A stretch of 64,000 bases of DNA from Cyanophora paradoxa CCMP329. Lineage: Eukaryota > Plantae > Glaucophyta. Shown here in pieces: positions 60,201 to 64,000 of this stretch. The notes under the pieces are model-generated. The model had not been told where the DNA came from, ran no database searches, and worked only from the letters and a program-made list of their open reading frames with translations. Each line of letters starts with the position of its first letter. Position 1 is the first letter of the stretch. The DNA lies in NCBI GenBank assembly GCA_004431415.1, contig QPMI01000138.1, positions 62,001 through 126,000 on the forward strand. The letters are read 5' to 3'. The position numbers were made by a program, and so were the translations under genes.

Positions 60201-63200
60201 AGAAAATCCGATCGCACGAGCTGGCATAAGCAGGTGGGCAAAAAATACGGACGACAGCTGCTATAGAAGCTCTACCATCGTGTGATTCGGCGACGCAGGG
60301 CATTCGGTGTAAAGCTGACGAGCCCTTTCGTCAATTCGTATGGGACGATTGCGAACAATGCGACAACGACTGCCAACGACCTCATCGGTGAGCGTGTCTC
60401 TCTACCGAAGCTTAAGGTCCCCCGCAGTTCGTCTGCCGCAACCAATGCTCCGGCGCGCAGGGCTCTGGTTTGATTTCAAGCCTCGCCACAATGGTATGCT
60501 CGTTCCTGGAGACAGCGTTTCCATCCAGGTGGGAGTCATATCGTGCTGTTATCTTTTGCTAACAGCATCATCGTGATGCGCTGATTTTGCGATACGCTTC
60601 ATTAATAAACCGTGTTTGACCAGATGTCATACATCTTTAATTCGAAACTCGCAACTGCATTCAAGGATCCCCAGCGATTTAAAGGTCTGTACCAAGCGAC
60701 TGCGCATGCAGCATTTGAGTTCCTTGAGGTTTTTCTTGTGCCTATAATTGAAGCACCGCTCCGCCAGCTCCTCAGCCGAGCGTGAACGGATCCGTTGTGT
60801 CCTGGCTCACGCCATCCGAAAACGCGACCCCGTATGGGTGAGAGCCATGACCAGTCAGAACCAATCTGGCTCTTGAATCCTTGCTAACTTCTAACTGTCC
60901 TACGTGCTAATCAGGTACACCATATTGCTGCTCGTGGTAAGTTGCATTATCATTTCATTTTGAAATATGTATAACTTGCAAGCGCAGCTCAAGTCAAGCC
61001 CGGCGCCCACGATGAAGGGGATAACCGAAATTGTCGACCACGATCGCGTGATAGGGCGCGTAGATGGCATCGGCAGCAACGTCACATCCTGGGACCTTGC
61101 AATTAGCGTACCTGCGGTCATGACCTGCGGCCCAATGTACCGTCTTCTTCTCCGCGCTATGAACAGATTCGGAGGCTGGACGGTGAGTGCACGCATCCAC
61201 TCATTCACTTCCACAATTGCAAACGTGCCTTAATTCTGCAAATGCAGGAAGCCTCCAAAGATTTTCCGTCGCCTGCTTTTTGCCCTGGTAAGTACAATCC
61301 CAATCGACTTCGTATCCGATTCAGCGCTCTGGGCGCTCTTTCTCACTGGATTTGGCGAAGTTACCGCTATCATTGCCGGAGAGTACCTTAAGCTCGTTCC
61401 GTACGACCGAACGTTCACCTACGACGGCTCTCCGTGCGTGTCGCTTGACGCCCAGACTAATCGCATAAAATAAAGTCGAGATGTGGATTGAAAATATAGA
61501 CAAACGGGCACCAAGATCTACGTTTGCGTACAAGAACTAATCCACTTAATATTCTGAGTAGTAGCTAGCGTACGAAGCGGGCAATATAGTATTCAAGCGG
61601 TATTGGATATTCTCTAGCAATCAGAGTAAAAGCAGTCTGCAGCTGAATGCGACCCTCTCTTCAGGTCGTATGATTCGGCCTACCCGAAGACGGCAAACCT
61701 CACCTACACGTGGAGCCTGTATCCGCTGGATAAGCCCTACGGCGATCCGAGCCTCATCACCCGCGTCGGGCCGCTGGCGGGGCCCCTCGTGCCCCTTACC
61801 CCTGCGACGGTTAGCGGAGGCATAGGTCCGTGCCAGCCCCACATCAACTGCAGATATATAATTATAATCATGAACGTTAACATTCTCGCGATAATCATTC
61901 GCCAATTGCAACCTGTGCATTTGACGCTTGGTATCGCACACGGAAATGCAGAAGGATTTAATTACCAGCGACTGTACACGCTCTACCTGGTCATAAGCAG
62001 CAGTAGGCCTGACGGCTCTTTCGCGAGCAATTGGACGCTCTGCAACATACGAATGATGACGCCCCCCGGTGCGCCACAGTCTGTGCTCCAAAGTTTAATC
62101 ACTTCAGCTCCCGAAGTGCTTTTCCTCACTGCAATTGGCGAAGTTTACGCTATTATTGCCGGAGAGTTCCTCAAGCTTGTACCGTACGATCGCACGTTCA
62201 CCTACGACGGCTCTCCGTGCGTGTCGCTTCACGCCCAGACTTTTCACATAAAACTAAACAAAGTCGAGATGTGGATTGAGGATATATATAGACAAATGGG
62301 CACCAAGATCTGCGTTTGCGAACAAGAACTAATCCACTTAATAAACTGAGTAGTAGCAAGCGCACGAAGAGGGCAGTATTAACTATTTGATAACAATTCA
62401 AGCGTTATTGGATATTTGGTAATCACGAGGTTGAAAGCATTCTGCAGCTGAATGCGACCATCCCTTTAGGTCGTATGATTCGGCCTACCCGACGACGGCA
62501 AACCTCACCTACACGTGGAGCCTGTATCCGCTGGATAAGCCCTACGGCGATCCGAGCCTCATCACCCGCGTCGGGCCGCTGGCGGGGCCCCTCGTGCCCC
62601 TCACCCCTGCCACGGCTGCAGCTGGCGGAGGTATCGGTGCGCATAGCCAGCTCATATAACAATTGCAAAATGCATATGACCGGGGTCGCGGTATAACGTG
62701 ACATCTTGCAATTGGATTCGCTCATGGATTTGCAGATGGCTTCTCTCCGGGGCAATTGTACACCCTTTACCTGGTAATAAACAGCAGCAGACCTGACGGC
62801 TCTTTCGCGAACAATTGGACGCGGTGTGACATACGAATGATGACGCCCCCAGGTAAGTTGCCGTGAATGATCCACGCATTGGTCGCTGCGGTGCTCCTCG
62901 CTGAATCTGGCGCAGTGTACGCCATCATCGCGGGGCCGTATCTCAAGCGCGTGCCATACGACCAGACGTTCACCTACGACGGCTCCCCGTGCGCTTCGCG
63001 CCGAAACTTAAGCGACCCTAATTACAACATTAAACAATATATAGTTCCGATTATCAAATACGCTTCTCAAACTCGCTGTCAATGACAGCGGTTTGACGCA
63101 TAAGCAGAGCACCTAAGCATATCTTATTCAAAGCTCTCATATCAGCAGCCTGCTGTTGATTCTGATCCTCTTCTCCAGGTCGTATGATTCGGCCTACCCG

Positions 63201-64000
63201 AAGACGGCAAACCTCACCTACACGTGGAGCCTGTATCCGCTGGATAAGCCCTACGGCGATCCGAGCCTCATCACCCGCGTCGGGCCGCTGGCGGGGCCCC
63301 TCGTACCCCTCACCCCTGCCGGAGCTGGCGGAGGTATCGGTGCGCACTAGCCCAACACACACGCGCGCGCGATTGCGATTAACTGTGTGCCTCTGGCGCT
63401 GTGCTTCTCGCCCAACCAATTGCAGACAAATTCTTTGCGGGGCCAGTGTACACGCTTTACCTCGTTATCAACAGCAGCAGACCGGACGGCACGTTTGCGA
63501 GCAATTGGACACGCTGCGACATCGACCTGACCAGCGATCTTCCTGTCCGCGCCATCATCGCAGGAGGTGTTATTTTGCGTTCTCAACGCTCCTGTAATTC
63601 AAGCACTGATAGCGGGTACATCATCCGCAGGCAATCGCGTCGTGGGAAGCAAAGCCACTTTCTTCGTGGACGGTTCTCCGTCGAACGACCCCTCATGCCC
63701 TTCTACGGCCACCAAGCTTTACCACTGGCGCCTCGTGGCATTCCGAGCTCCTTTCAGCAGGCCGTTCCTTCACGAAGTCGGACCGAGCGCCCAGGCTCGC
63801 ATCCCGTTGACGCCCAGCTCTGCGGCAGCATCGGCCACCGAAAAACCGATCGGTACGTACCGGATCATGAATTCATCGATATCGATGTTGTGCGAATATT
63901 GAACCCACTAAACTCATGAATGTCGATCCGCATGCTCAGACGGATTTGAGCCCAACAAGAACTACACGATCCACCTCCGTGTTATTTCGACGTGCCCCAA
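54215..64000 (+). CDS. Very large multi-exon secreted/surface protein with tandem PKD/REJ-like Ig-fold repeats (runs off right edge)
   Basis: N-terminal hydrophobic leader (LVACTAAALLVACSILASVATTSAA), many short exons, repeats of AIIAG...FTYDGSP-SYDSAYP...LTYTWSL...YTLYLVI. Whether this is one gene is not proven. Confidence 0.6.
61354..63830 (+). repeat. Three tandem exon-intron duplication units (~650-800 bp) plus a diverged fourth
   Basis: Near-identical exon GTCGTATGATTCGGCCTACCCG... at ~61665, ~62470 and ~63179. Confidence 0.92.

Noticed and set aside
1-64000. tRNA, rRNA or telomeric repeats
   Set aside because: None recognised by eye; a covariance-model scan was not possible.

Overview
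Eukaryotic (protist/algal) nuclear DNA. It is GC-rich with many short introns (mostly GTGCG/GTCCG/GTACC donors, some GC donors). The intron style and a PAS-GAF-PHY-PAS-kinase-like phytochrome would fit a glaucophyte-like host, but that is inference only. 1-~5800 is the intronless, lower-GC end of a Polinton/Maverick-like endogenous element: a protein-primed PolB split by two -1 frameshifts, followed by an rve integrase. ~6.3-17 kb and ~20.4-24.6 kb are transposon debris: hAT and Tc1/pogo MITEs with intact TSDs, Helitron-like ends, a head-to-tail TIR-less element and a 5'-truncated LINE. Host genes are a SOX/MATA-type HMG-box factor, a START-domain protein, MESH1/HDDC3, a phytochrome homologue lacking its chromophore-binding and kinase residues, a CUE+RIO kinase head-to-head with RPN12, a RING-kinase-ubiquitin-like fusion, a degenerate GDPD and a very large secreted protein with tandem PKD/REJ-like repeats. 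A second, TSD-flanked LINE copy lies between the last two. The most striking signal is a recurrent 6-bp insertion X -> X-revcomp(X)-X that separates sister repeat copies, preserves reading frame, and could explain the palindrome-saturated intergenic DNA. Exon models were read by hand and some boundaries are approximate.
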